Source of the DNA: Takakia lepidozioides
Taxonomy: Eukaryota > Plantae > Bryophyta
NCBI GenBank assembly: GCA_030704615.1
Contig: CM060732.1
Location: 21,886,001 to 21,950,000, forward strand
Reading direction: 5' to 3'
Length of the DNA stretch: 64,000 nucleotides
Shown: positions 1-12,600 of the stretch, piece by piece
Position numbering within the stretch: the stretch's first letter is position 1
How the letters are laid out: each line of letters opens with the position of its first letter
Position numbers and translations under genes: made by a program
Notes under the pieces: generated by a model
Told to the model about the DNA's origin: nothing
Seen by the model: only the letters and a program-made list of their open reading frames with translations
Database searches by the model: none

Positions 1-296
1 CTGGTTTATGTGATAGCATTGCTATCCATTAAGCGAGTAGAGTTTGAAGGTGGGAGGAAAGGAAGGTGAATGTTTATACTCATATGCATGAGGAGCTTGT
101 ACTGGTAAAGAATTGGATTCCAAAGGATATTCTGTGGATCAAACTCACACCAAGAACAGCTTTCCAGACTTGTTTGCCATATGGTTATATGGTAACGGAG
201 ACTTCAAGTATAGCCAAGGGTGCATTGAAGCTTGAAAGAAACCCAGGCATATACGAGAGATACTACAGAAGAGAGTTTTGGTTATTGCCACATTAA
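1..296 (+). pseudogene. 3' part of upstream extra ORF (ORF0) of copy A
   Basis: Near-identical to 9283-9578 of copy B; lies between the PBS position and gag. Confidence 0.55.
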
Positions 297-316
297 AGAA
301 ATGAAAGACATGGGAC

Positions 317-3300
317 ATGAGTGATGAAAGAGAAGCTAGACTCCAGAGATATTCAGCAAAAAGAGAAAGTTATCTGAAAGCTAATTATCCATATCTTTGG
401 GAGAGAGGAATAGACATAGGGGAATCATCTGGACCTCTCACACCATTAAGATCAGAGAGTACATCACCCATACCGGAAGAACTAGAGTTGGATGCCACTC
501 CTTCTTTTTCTTTGCAAGAAAGATTAAGGGAATTGGTACAGGAAGAAGATCAACCACGAGGTGAAAGATCTGAGGTACATCCCTGGATAAAATTTGACAG
601 AAATCTTTGATAAGAGTTGGCATGGAACACCAAAAGCAGGAACTCCAGTTTCTGAGACGGAAGACGAAGAAGGAGGAGAGGATGTGGCAGAGCCAACGGA
701 GAGTTCAGACTCTCCAACACCATTGCAGTTGAGTTACATGAGTGAAGAAGAAACCCAAGGGCAGAACTTGGAGGATGAAAACAGAGAGAAGAAATTGGAA
801 GAGGAAGAGTATGAAGAAGTAGACCCAACAGCTGAGGTTGAGACTACAACCAGGACATCCCAACCCGTTGGACTGGATCAAGTGGAGCACTTGGATCACA
901 GGCCAACGAAGGTGTCGGCTCAGGGGATCAGGCGGGCAGCCTGGATCTGGCTCTGGGGGACAGGGAGTGTGGGAAGTAGTGCAACTGAAGCTGGGATACT
1001 GTGAATATAGTGGGGCCAGTAGCAGGGAGTGCTCAGGGGCCACACTTGGTGGAAGTTCCACCACAACTACAACAGGTCCTCAAGGACCAGCACCAGCAAG
1101 GGCCAGCACTGTCAGTGGGCAGAAGGTAGGGCCACAGATGGCGTTACAACCAACACGGGCAAAACCACATTTTCCAATATATTCAGAAAAGGGATCCTGA
1201 TGTACACATTAGCCAATTTGAGCACATGTGTATAGTGAACAATGAGAATGGCGATGATGCCAAGATGAGATGTTTCCTTGTTCACTTATAAGAAAGCAAG
1301 TGAATGGTATGCAAGATTCCCTGATAATCATTTCCTAACCTGGAATGGCTTGAATACAGCATTCCGAAATAGGTTCAGGACAAGTAAAACTGAGGATGAA
1401 GTGTATGGAAGTTTACAACAGTTAAAGCAAAAGAAGCATGAAACTGTTGAGGAGTATATGGAAAAGATGGAATTGATGATGAAAAAGCTGGCTGCTGTAC
1501 CAGCACCAGGTTTACAGAAGACTTGGTTTGTGAGTGGACTAAGACCAGAGTTGCAAAAGAAAGTGGATATGTTACCCCATAATACAGTGGAGGAGGCATT
1601 TGAAACAGCAAACAGAATTGAGCAATTGGGAATGCTCAGGAGAGAGAAAAGGGATGATGAGGACTCTGAGGATGAGTCAGATGAGGAAGAAGAGCAAGAG
1701 CTGAAAAGGAAGAGTAAGAGGAAGGAAAAGTTGAAGAGGGATAACTATGAAAAGATTAGAAGAAATCTTGAAGAAGTATGCCACAGAGGCTGCAACACAT
1801 TGGAGGAAGGGTGTTTGGTGTGCAAAATGCCAGAATGAAGGCCATACCACCACTGAATGCCACATGAAGGAGAAACTGTACTATCTGTAAAATGGATAAC
1901 CATTCTACTGAGAATTGTTACTACAACAGAAGACAGCAGCAGAGAGAACCTAGGCAAGTAAGGGTGCATCAAGTGCAGCCCCAGCCAAGAAGAAACAGTG
2001 ATCAGGACCACTATGGTAGGCCTGGTGGTTATAACAATGGCATGGAAGGGAGAGGTAATCCAAGAGGGAATTACCAAGGAAATTCCAGAGGCAACTATCA
2101 GGGTAATCCAAGGGGAATTACCAGCCAGGGAATCAGGATTACAGAAACAATCCCAGAACAGACCAAGGGCGAGGACCTAATGGGGAAGAACTGTGTTACT
2201 ATTGTAATCAGGCAGGACATCGCAAGGCAGCCTGTCCATTCTGGATCAGACACCAGAATGAGATGAGAGCTCCTGTGAATGAGGGGCCAGTGGTGGCAGC
2301 TCACATGGTTAGGCCATGTGTTGTACCAGAAGTAAGTACAATGATAGTAACGAGAAGCAAAGCCAAAATAATACCTCCAGTAGATGAGGAAGGTGATGAT
2401 AATGAAGATGGCAGTGATGTGCCTGAAGATGATGAGGCTTGGAGAGATGAGAAGGAACTGCACAAGGAAGTGGCAGATACCATAAGGGAAATGCAGAAGA
2501 GTACTGATATTCCTATGGCAGATTCCTCTGATTCTGAAAGAGAAGAGGAAGTGAGTGAGGATGAAGGGAAGAAAGAAGCTGCAGAAATGCAGAGTAATGA
2601 AGAGACTTTGGCTAAAGTAATATGCCAGTCCAAAGCGGAGATTACCATTGGACAGCTATTGGTTGTGGCACCTTATTATAGACACAAGGTGTATCAAGCA
2701 ATCAATCGAATTGCCCATGTGACAGGGAACACAAACCTGAACAGCAAGGTGACAAGTTATAATGTGAAGCCGGAAGGGCGAGAAACAGTCATGGACTTTG
2801 ATGATTCTATGCCAGTAATCCAATTGAGAATTGGAAGCACAGAACTAACTGATGTACTGATAGATGGAGGCTTTGGAGTGAATATCATGACAGACCAATT
2901 AAGGCAAAGCTTGGTCTAAGTAACATGAAACCAGCCCCATTTACAGTAACAATGGCAGATCAAAGAAGTGTACAACCATTGGGATTGATAAGAGGAGTTA
3001 AGATACAGATTCAAAAGATGATCTTTATGATCACAGTAACTGTGTTGAAAATGGATGAAGTCATGGAAGCTTACTCCTTATTGTTGGGTCGACCGTGGCT
3101 GAAACAGGCCAGGGTATTCCATGACTGGAATTCCCAGTTACTAACTGTGCATGATGGGATGCACAAGATACAAATCACCACTAAGAAATCTAGTAGATTA
3201 CCTGCTACGAGAAGACCTCGAGGGGTCAGGGAGTATGACTGGAGGGGAGGACTTGATGAGGAGCAGGAAGCTACCTGTTCGCTGCACACCAGAGTGGGAG

Positions 3301-6300
3301 CAGGTTGCAGAGATGCAACTGGAAGGCCTAAGTTGTTTAAAGGTATCTGTTGTGGTGTAGTGACAGCAACACCAATTGAGGGTGAAACAAGCAGTTACCC
3401 ACCACATTTCTATGAAGAAAGAGAGGGAGAATGGAAATCCTAGAGGAACCAGCCACTGTGAGTTTACAGGATGAAGTGGTGACTGGTTGGACAATCACAG
3501 CTGATGAGCAGGTGAGAGAAGTGAATGTGGGAACTGAAGGGAACCGAGGATGGTGAAGGTAGGGGCTGATTTGGAGCCAGAATTCTTTGAGGAAGCTAAG
3601 AGCCTGTTCATCAAATACAGAGATGTATTTGCTTGGAGCTACGAGGATCTGAAAGGGATACCACCTGAGATCTGTCAGCATAAGATTGAACTGGAACCAG
3701 GGTCAGTACCAATCAAACAGGCAAGGTACAGAATGAATCCCAACTATGCACAGAAGGTTGGAGAAGAGATCAAGAAGTTGGCTGAGGCTAAGTTTATATA
3801 CCCAATAGAGTATACAACTTGGTTGTCACCCATTGTGATAGTTCCCAAGAAGAATGGTAACTGAGAGTTTGTGTGAACTATAAGAAGTTGAATGCTTTGT
3901 ACGAAGAAAGATCCTTTCCCTTTGCCATTCACAGAAGCGTATTGGACACTGTGGCAGGCCATGAGATGTACTCATTCATGGATGGCTTCAGTGGTTATAA
4001 TCAAGTGCAAGTGGCAGAAGAAGACCAGGGAAAGACAGCTTTCATCACAGACTGGGTGCTTATGCATACAAAGTCATGCCTTTGGACTTTGTAATGCACC
4101 AGCAACCTTTCAGAGAGTGATAAGTGAATCTTTTCATGAGTATCTGGATGATTTCATGCAGGTGTTCTTGGATGATTTCAGTGTGTACAGCTCTAAGAAT
4201 GAGCACTTGCATAAATTGGAGTTATGTTTGGCCAGATGCAGGATGAGAGGTCTGGGCCTGAATCCAGAGAAGTGTACTTTCTGTGTGAACTCAGGGGCTT
4301 TTGGGACACATTGTGTATAAGAGGGGACTTCTTGTGGATCCCAGAAAGACAGAGGCCATTAAAGCCTCTCCACCACCAGTAAATTTAAGAGTCTAAGGAG
4401 ATTCCTTGGACAAACCAGTTATTACAGAAGATTTGTCAGACGGTATGCACAGATAGCAGCACCATTGAGCAAGCTTCTGAAGAAAGATGCAGTGTTTGCA
4501 TGGACAGCTGAATGTCAAGGCTTTTGAGGAACTTACATTGTCAGTAAAACTACACCTGTGCTGATTAACCCTCACTGGCATGTAGTATTTCATGTTCACT
4601 GTGATGCCTCAGGAGAAGCGTTGGGAGCAGTGTTAGCCCAAAATGTTACAGGAAATATAGATTCACCTGTGTACTATGCTAGCAGGTTGATGAACAGTGC
4701 TGAAAGGAACTATAGCACAACTGAAAGAGAAGCACTGGCAATGATTTATGCAGTCAAAATTCAGGCATTACCTATTGGGAAGAAGTTTATGTTTTATGTG
4801 GATCACCAGGCTCTGATATATCTGGTGAACAAACCTTTGATAAGTGGAAGGATAGCAAGGTGGTTAATAATCTTGCACGAGTTTGAGTTCGAAGTTGTTT
4901 ACAAGCCTGGCCGTTTGCATCTTGTGGCAGATCATTTGTCACGCCTATCAACAGGAGAGCCCGCCACAGGAGTAGACGACCAATTACCTGATGCGAGTTT
5001 ATTTGCGGTGGAGGTGCAGGGAAGTGCAGATGACTGGTTAGATTGGCAGTGGCCAATCAGATACTACCTTACTCATGGTCAATGCCCACCTAGTTATGGA
5101 AAGGAGCAGAGGAAGAGAATCGCTATCAAGGCTTTACCTTATACTATGGTACGGGGCAGAATGTATAAGCTAGGACCTGATGGAGTACTTAAACGATGCT
5201 TGTACCACCATGAAGTAAATAAAGTTTTGGAGGAAGTTCATAAAGGAGTGGCTGGAGGTCATTTTGGAGAAGAGACTACTAGTAGAAAGATACTACTTGC
5301 AGGTTACTGGTGGCCTACTTTGTTCAAGGATGTACACAAGTATTGTCAGAGTTGTGATGAGTGTCAGAGGCTAGGACCATTGCAGAGATCTGGGAAGATG
5401 GCTTTGCATCCTACGATGCCTACTGAACCATTTCAGAAATGGGGACTAGACTTTGTTGGACCAATTAACCCACCAGCCAAGAATACACAGAACAGGTATA
5501 TAATCACAACCACTGATTATACTACAAAGTGGGTGGAAGCTAAAGCTCAGAGGGACAACACAGCTAAGTCCACAGCAAGGTTCCTATATGAGAACATACT
5601 TACACGATTTGGCTGTCCCTGGAATTATCAGTGACCAGGGAAGTCACTTCATTAATGAGACCATTGAACTATTGACTAAAGAGTTCATGATTGTGCATAG
5701 GAAGAGTACAACATATTACCCACAGGGTAATGGGCAGGCAGAAGCTACCAACAAAATACTATGTATTATCTTGGCTAAGATAGTCAATGCAAACAGAATA
5801 GATTGGGATACAAAGCTGCTGACAGCTTTGTGGTCATACAAGACTTTATATAAAGTCACCACTAAGTATACACCATTCCAATTAGTTAATGGTATGGAAG
5901 CTTTACTTCCAGTGGAATTCTTGTTACCTACCATGAGAACTGAATGGGGAAGGAGAATGGAATTGGAAGATTCAATTAAGGTCAGGAAACATGAATTATA
6001 CCATGTGAAAGAAGTACGTGCTGATGCAGCTGATAACATGACCAGAATTCAGATGAAGAGGAAGGATCAGTTTGATGAAGGTAAATTAAAGACTTTTAAG
6101 ACGGGAAATTTGGTACTGTGGTTGCAGAAGAAGGGGAAGATTAAAGCTTCTAAGCTTAAATCACCATGGAAAGGACCTTATGTCATACAAAGATGTATGA
6201 TAACAACACCCGCCATGTTACAAACCATTAAAAAGAAATGCTGGGAAGAGTCAATGCCAATAAGTTGAAGGGGTACAGTGGTATCCATGACAAACCATTG

Positions 6301-6498
6301 CGGCACGATTTGCATGTTGAAACGCAAAAACAGTCACGGGCTGCGCCAGTGATACCAACGGAGTATCGAGCACTTGTCGCTAAGCCGAGCGTGTATAACC
6401 AGGGCGGGAAGTACAGGTGTTCGCATAGCTATCACAGCCCATCACAGCATGACAGCCCATCACAGCCAGACAGCCTATCAAAACCCAACATAGCGTGA
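317..6498 (+). pseudogene. gag-pol of copy A (frameshifted)
   Basis: Gag core (DPDVH, ASEWYARF, QLKQKKHETVEEY), CCHC knuckles, protease LIDGG (~2857), RT (DGFSGYNQ, FGLCNAPATFQR, FLDD), RNase H ([19 protein letters not shown]), integrase (HHCC, WGLDF, SDQG, NGQAE). Many 1-bp indels. Confidence 0.93.
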
Positions 6499-6600
6499 CA
6501 CAGTTTATCACAACCTATCACAGTGTCACACAGCCTATCACAGTTCACCACAATTAGACACAGCCTGTCACAGCCCGACAAGCCCATGCGGGTTACACAG
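6430..6600 (+). repeat. CACAGC-type degenerate minisatellite after integrase (copy A)
   Basis: Repeated (T/A)CACAGCC/GACAGCC units; the counterpart in copy B is at ~15222-15390. Confidence 0.8.
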
Positions 6601-7156
6601 TCCATTGGGTCAGTGACAGGTGGACGCGGGTTAACGTCAGAAAAGTGGCCGTCAAGTGAAGAAGAAGTTTGGAAGTCAAACTCGGAGAATATGTCACGCG
6701 GAGAGGGGAAGTCGGGGGCATGTCTAAAAGCGGACACGTGGCCACTAAGGCGAAGCACACCGCACTGCATAAATTGCAAGAGTGGGTCTCATCATGCAAG
6801 AGGACAAATCGGGCCGTCAAAGTACCTACCCGGTACATCAGCTAAGACTATTTGTGGGCCCATTAATGCATTCAGAGTAAGGGTAATGGAACCCTTTCCA
6901 AATATAGAAAAGAGGGACCTATGCCACATGTGCTGTCCTACTGGACATTCCACGTGGGAATGTCCACGGAGGGGGGGTGGAATTAAGAAGTTACCTAAGC
7001 AGGCAATAGCCAATCAGGAGTGCGAATTACATGCAGGTGGTTCCTTCCAAGAAACAAGAACAAGAAATAGGAAGTGTTATGAGCGGAAGAGTCAGGGTGG
7101 CTCCGAATAGCCAGTGTCTCGACGGGAGGGGCAATCAAAGCACTAGCTTTATAGCT

Positions 7157-8076
7157 ATGGCGGATGTAACGGATTACACACTCGCTTTACTTCTTACGCA
7201 GTGGCGCAAGGACGGACTTGAGAGTACATTTTCTCTCACTCGATACTTGCAAGCCCCATAGGCTTACACACACTTACCTGTTCCATTCTGTGCCAACCAT
7301 ACCTTCATGCTCTGTGCCCTGCAAGCTTTCCTTCAGCTGTTTCAAACAAGGCCTTTTTGTTTGTCTAGAATGAAGAGAGTGAGGGGAATGGAGGATATCA
7401 GGGTGAAGAGCACCACGATTCTGCAGAAGCAAATAATTGCTACACCGCAGGTAGTGCAGCTGCTGAGGGAGTTGCGATTGGAGGGGCTGCTACGCAAGGA
7501 CTGGTCCTTGCATCATTGGCAGTATATGATTCAATTTCTTCAGAACTTTGAGCCTGGACGGGAGTTACCCAGGTGAGGGGAGTAGATATAGAAACTCCCC
7601 AGTACCTGCAACAATTGTTTGATTTGCCATCAGGTCATGTGGATGTGGATGAGCACAGGGCAAGATTGCAGATAGGGAATTTGTTCCAAGAAGGGAGTTT
7701 CTTTAAGACTCAAGGTTACGCTTGTACCAAAGCCGAGTACCCAGGGCTCAGAGAAGTTGGCCAAATATTGAACGTTCTGTTTGCCATGAAACAGAACCAA
7801 CAATATTTGAGCAGGTCATTCACAGAGGAGATCCTTAAGGGAGAGGATGTAGCTTGGGCGGAGTTAATCTACAATGGTCTGGTGGACGAGATAAAGAGGT
7901 TACAGGGCACTGCTGCTAAGTCTCCGATCATTGTGTTTGGTCCAGTCATTGCCCAAATCATTCTTGACTCTTGCATATTTGATACTCGGGAACGTAAGGA
8001 GATGGGAGTGTTTGAGGCAGTAACCACTGCAATTGAAGAACAGGGCTCTTCACATAGTGAGGGTGGACTGGCAGGG
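7157..8076 (+). pseudogene. 5' part of downstream extra ORF (env-like/putative plant transposon protein domain) of copy A
   Basis: ATG at 7157 is in frame with ORFs 7031 and 7307, apart from TAG 7259 (CAG in copy B). Motifs VRGVDIE..YLQQLFDLP, GEDVAWAELI and FGPVIAQII resemble Athila/SIRE env-like (Transposase_32-like) domains. Cut by the copy B insertion. Confidence 0.7.
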
Positions 8077-8994
8077 TGTTAGAGGACTGTCTGGGACTTA
8101 GACACTTATACGGGATCTGTGGGGTACCCTTAATTTTTGCACAGACTGAGACCAACAAGAGCCTTAGGGGTGACAGCAGCGCACTTTAGAAGGGGGGTAC
8201 ACAGTCGTCACAGTCCGGCACAGCACAGCCACACCACACAGCCACACAGCCCAACAGCCAGTCACACAGTCCCACACAGCCCACAGCCGTCACAGTTTCA
8301 CACAGCCAGTCACAGCTTGACACAGCTGTCACGACCAGGGAACGGATAGTAGGGGGAACGACTGTGGGGAACAACACCTGCGAATGGAACATATTAGTTC
8401 ATGGATGACGGTTAGTGAGGGAAACGGTTAGAACAACGGGTAGGAAGATAAAGCCAGGAGCAAGGACTGGAAAGGATCATTCTGGGGGAATCACTGCTGG
8501 AAGGAGTGGGAGGAGCACTCTGGGGAAGACTTCGGATCACTGGGGAAATGAGGAGAGAGCGATCTCTCAGCAGATAGAGGGAGAGCACGGAGTAGGAGGA
8601 GGAGCTGTTGATGCTTAATGAATGCAGGCAGTAGAATTGTAATGTAGCAGATTAGAGACTCCATGGCTTCAGCCTGATACTTGATAGATATTAATCTGAT
8701 ACACACTTATACTCACACTGTGTAGAGAGATCTGAGTGAAGCTGTGGAATGAATGGATGAGTTGATGGAATCCGATAGATTGATGAAGCAAACTGATACT
8801 TAATTACCAAAAGTAAGGTAACTAGCTAATATGAATGCGGAAGGAAACAAATAGGAAACACCCCCATGATACACTAGCTGTAGGTCATGACTGATTGTTC
8901 TGAGCGGGCTGAGTACTTAGAGATTTCCAACTCTTCTATCTTGGAGTTTCCGCCTCGGATAGCGAAGGGATGGGTGAGTAAAAGCCGCGCGACA
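8077..8994 (+). repeat. 5' LTR of copy B
   Basis: TGTTAGAGG...GCGCGACA; matches 19678-20618; contains a CACAGC array at ~8200-8335. Confidence 0.95.
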
Positions 8995-8996
8995 TT

Positions 8997-9013
8997 TGGC
9001 GACCATACTGGGG
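8997..9013 (+). promoter_or_regulatory. Primer binding site (tRNA-Arg-like)
   Basis: TGGCGACCATACTGGGG lies 2 nt after the LTR. TGGCGAC..CTGGG resembles Arg-type PBS of plant non-chromoviruses; the tRNA identity is inferred. Confidence 0.8.
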
Positions 9014-9022
9014 AACTGGGTC

Positions 9023-9578
9023 ATGAACAACCAGATGACAGGCATCTGGTGGGATCATGGTGGTTGGAGAATTAAAGAATTTGATGTGAATCAAATTCCT
9101 TGTGAAACTGAGAAGGAAAGATTGTCCAAACGATTCTTCCAAGGTTTTTGGAATTGCCAGACGGTTGTAAAGAAAACATTCTTAAGAGAGTGCATGATGC
9201 TGACCCTGAGTGGGGTCTGGAGAAAGGAGTGATAAAGATTTATCAGGTGGCCTGTAGAGGAAGAGCACGTTGGTTACCAACATTGGTTTATGTGATAGCA
9301 TTGCTATCCATTAAGCGAGTAGAGTTTGAAGGCTGGGAGGAAAGAAAGGTGAATGTTTATACTCATATGCATGAAGAGCTTGTACTGGTAAAGAATTGGA
9401 TTCCAAAGGATATTTTGTGGATCAAACTCACACCAAGAACAGCTTTCAGACTTGTTTGCCATATGGTTATATGGTAACGGAGACTTCAAGTATAGCCAAG
9501 GGTGCATTGAAGCTTGAAAGAAACCCAGGCATATACGAGAGATATTACAGAAGAGAGTTTTGGTTATTGCCACATTAA
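9023..9578 (+). pseudogene. Upstream extra ORF (ORF0, ~185 aa, unknown function) of copy B
   Basis: Overlapping ORFs 8996-9232, 9148-9477 and 9396-9578 join via 1-bp indels into one Trp-rich frame; copy A reads through the second indel. Confidence 0.55.
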
Positions 9579-9600
9579 AAAGAAATGAAAGACATGGGAC

Positions 9601-12600
9601 ATGAGTGATGAAAGAGAAGCTAGACGCCAGAGATATTCATCAAAAAAAGAGAAAGCTATCTGAAAGCTAATTATCCATATCTTTGGGAGAGAGGAATAGA
9701 CATAGGGGAATCATCTGGACCTCTCACACCATTAAGATCAAGAGTACATCACCCATACCGGAAGAACTAGAGTTGGATGCCACTCCTTCTGTTTCTTTGC
9801 AAGAAAGATTAAGGGAATTGGTACGGGAAGAAGATCAATCACGAGGTGAAAGATCTGAGGTACATCCCTGGATAAAAGATTTGACAGAAATCTTTGATAA
9901 GAGTTTCATGGAACGGAAGGAGAAGAAGGAGGAGAGGATGTGGCAGAGCCAACGGAGAGTTCAGACTCTCCAACACCATTGCAGTTGAGTTACATGAGAA
10001 AGAAGGGCAGAACTTGGAGGATGAAAACAGAGAGAAGAAATTGGAAGAGGAAGAATATGAAGAAGTAGACCCAACAGCTGAGGTTGAGACTACAACCAGG
10101 ACATCCCAACCCGTTGGACCTGGATCAAGTGGAGCACTTGGATCACAGGCCAACGAAGGTGTCGGCTCAGGGGGATCAGGCGGGCTGCCTGGATCTGGCT
10201 CTGGGGGGACAGGGAGTGTGGGAAGTAGTGCAACTGAAGCTGGGAATACTGTGAATATCGTGGGGCCAGAGCAGGGAGTGCTCAAGGGCCACCACTTGGT
10301 GGAAGATCCACCACAAAACAAAAGGTCCTGAAGGACCAGCACCAGCAAGGGTGCCAGCACCTGTCAGTGGGCAGAAGGTAGGGCCACAGATGGCGTTACA
10401 ACCAACACGGGCAAAACCACCTTTTCCAATATATTCAGGAAAAGGGGATCCCGATGTACACATTAGCCAATTTGAGCACATGTGTATAGTGAACAATGAG
10501 AATGGCGATGATGCCAAGATGAGATTGTTTCCTTGTTCACTTATCAAGAAAGCAAGTGAATGGTATGCAAGATTCCCTGATAATCATTTCCTAACCTGGA
10601 ATGGCTTGAATACAGCATTCCGAAATAGGTTCAGGACAAGTAAAACTGAGGATGAAGTGTATGGAAGTTTACAACAGTTAAAGCAAAAGAAGCATGAAAC
10701 TGTTGAGGAGTATATGGAAAAGATGGAATTGATGATGAAAAAGCTGGCTGCAGTACCAGCACCAGGTTTACAGAAGACTTGGTTTGTGAGTGGACTAAGA
10801 CCAGAGTTGCAAAAGAAAGTGGATATGTTACCCATAATACAGTGGAGGAGGCATTTGAAACTGCAAACAGAATTGAGCAATTGGGAATGCTCAGGAGAGA
10901 GAAAAGGGATGATGAGGACTCTGAGGATGAGTCAGATGAAGAAGAAGAGCAAGAACTAAAAAGGAAGAGTAAGAGAAAGGAGAAGTTGAAGAGGGATAAC
11001 TATGAGAAAAGATTGGAAGAAATCTTGAAAGAAGTATGCCACAGAGGCTGCAACACATTGGAGGAAGGGTGTATGGTGTGCAAAGTGCCAGAATGAAGGC
11101 CATACCACCACAGAATGCCACATGAAGGAGAAACACTGTACTATCTGTAAAATGGATAACCATTCTACTGAGAATTGTTACTACAACAGAAGGACAGCTG
11201 CAAGAGAACCTAGGCAAGTAAGGGTGCATCAGGTGCAGCCCCAGCCAAGAAGAAACAATGATCAGGACCACTATGGTAGGTCTGGTGGTTATAACAATGG
11301 CATGGAAGGGAGAGGTAATTCAAGAGGGAATTACCAAGGAAATTCCAGAGGCAACTATCAGGGTAATCCAAGGGGGAATTACCAGCCCGGGAATCAGGAT
11401 TACAGAAATAATCCAAGAGCAGACCAAGGGCGAGGACCCAATGGTGAAGAACTATGTTACTATTGTAATCAGCCAGGACATCGCAAGGCAGCCTGTTCAT
11501 TCTGGATAGACACCAGAATGAGATGAGAGCTCCTGTGAATGAGGGCCCAGTGGTGGCAGCTCACATGGTTAGGCCATGTGTTGTACCAGAAGTAAGTACA
11601 ATGATAGTAACAAGAAGTAAAGCCAAACTAATACCTCCAGTAGTAGAGGAAGAGATGATAATGAAGGGCAGTGATATGCCTGAAGATGATGAGGCTTGGA
11701 GAGATGAGAAGGAACTGCACAAGGAAGTGGCAGATACCATAAGGGAAATGCAGAAGAGTACTGATATTCCTGTGGCAGATTCCTCTGATTCTGATGGAGA
11801 AGAAGAAGTGAGTGAGGATGAAAGGAAGAAAGAAGATGCAGACATGCAAAGTAATGAAGAGACTTTGGCTGAAGTAATATGCCAGACCAAAGCAGAGATT
11901 ACCATTGGACAGCTATTGGCTGTGGCACCTTATTGTAGGCACAGGCTGTATCAAGCAATCAATCGAATTGCCCAGGAGACAGGAAACACAGACCTGAACA
12001 GCAAGGTGACCAGTTATAATGTGAAGCCGGAAGGGCGAGAAACAGTCATGGACTTTGATGATTCTATGCCAGTAATCCAATTGAATTGGAAGCACAGAAC
12101 TAACTGATGTACTGATAGATGGAGGTTCTGGAGTAAATATCATGACAGACCAATTAAGGAAGAAGCTTGGTCTAAGTAACATGAAACCAGCCCCATTTAC
12201 AGTAACAATGGCAGATCAAAGAAGTGTACAGCCATTGGGATTAATAAGAGGAGTTAAGATACAGATACAGAAGATGATCTTTATGATCACAGTAACTGTG
12301 TTGAAGATGGATGAAGTCATGGAGGCTTACTCCTTATTATTGGGACGTCCGTGGCTGAAACAGGCCAGGGTATTCCATGACTGGAATTCTCAGTTACTAA
12401 CCGTGCATAATGGGATACACGAGATACAAATTACCACAAAGAAATCTAGTAGATTACCTGCTACGAGAAGACCTCGAGGAGTCAGAGAGTATGACTGGAG
12501 AGGAGGACTGGATGAGGAGCAGGAAGCTACCCTGTTTGCTGCACACCCAGAGTGGGAGCAGGTTGCAGAGATGCGGCTGGAAGGCCTAGTTGTTTAAGGG

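Noticed and set aside
8200-8335. CACAGC arrays as a CRISPR array or RSS heptamers
   Set aside because: Short degenerate units with no unique spacers or nonamers; eukaryotic LTR context.
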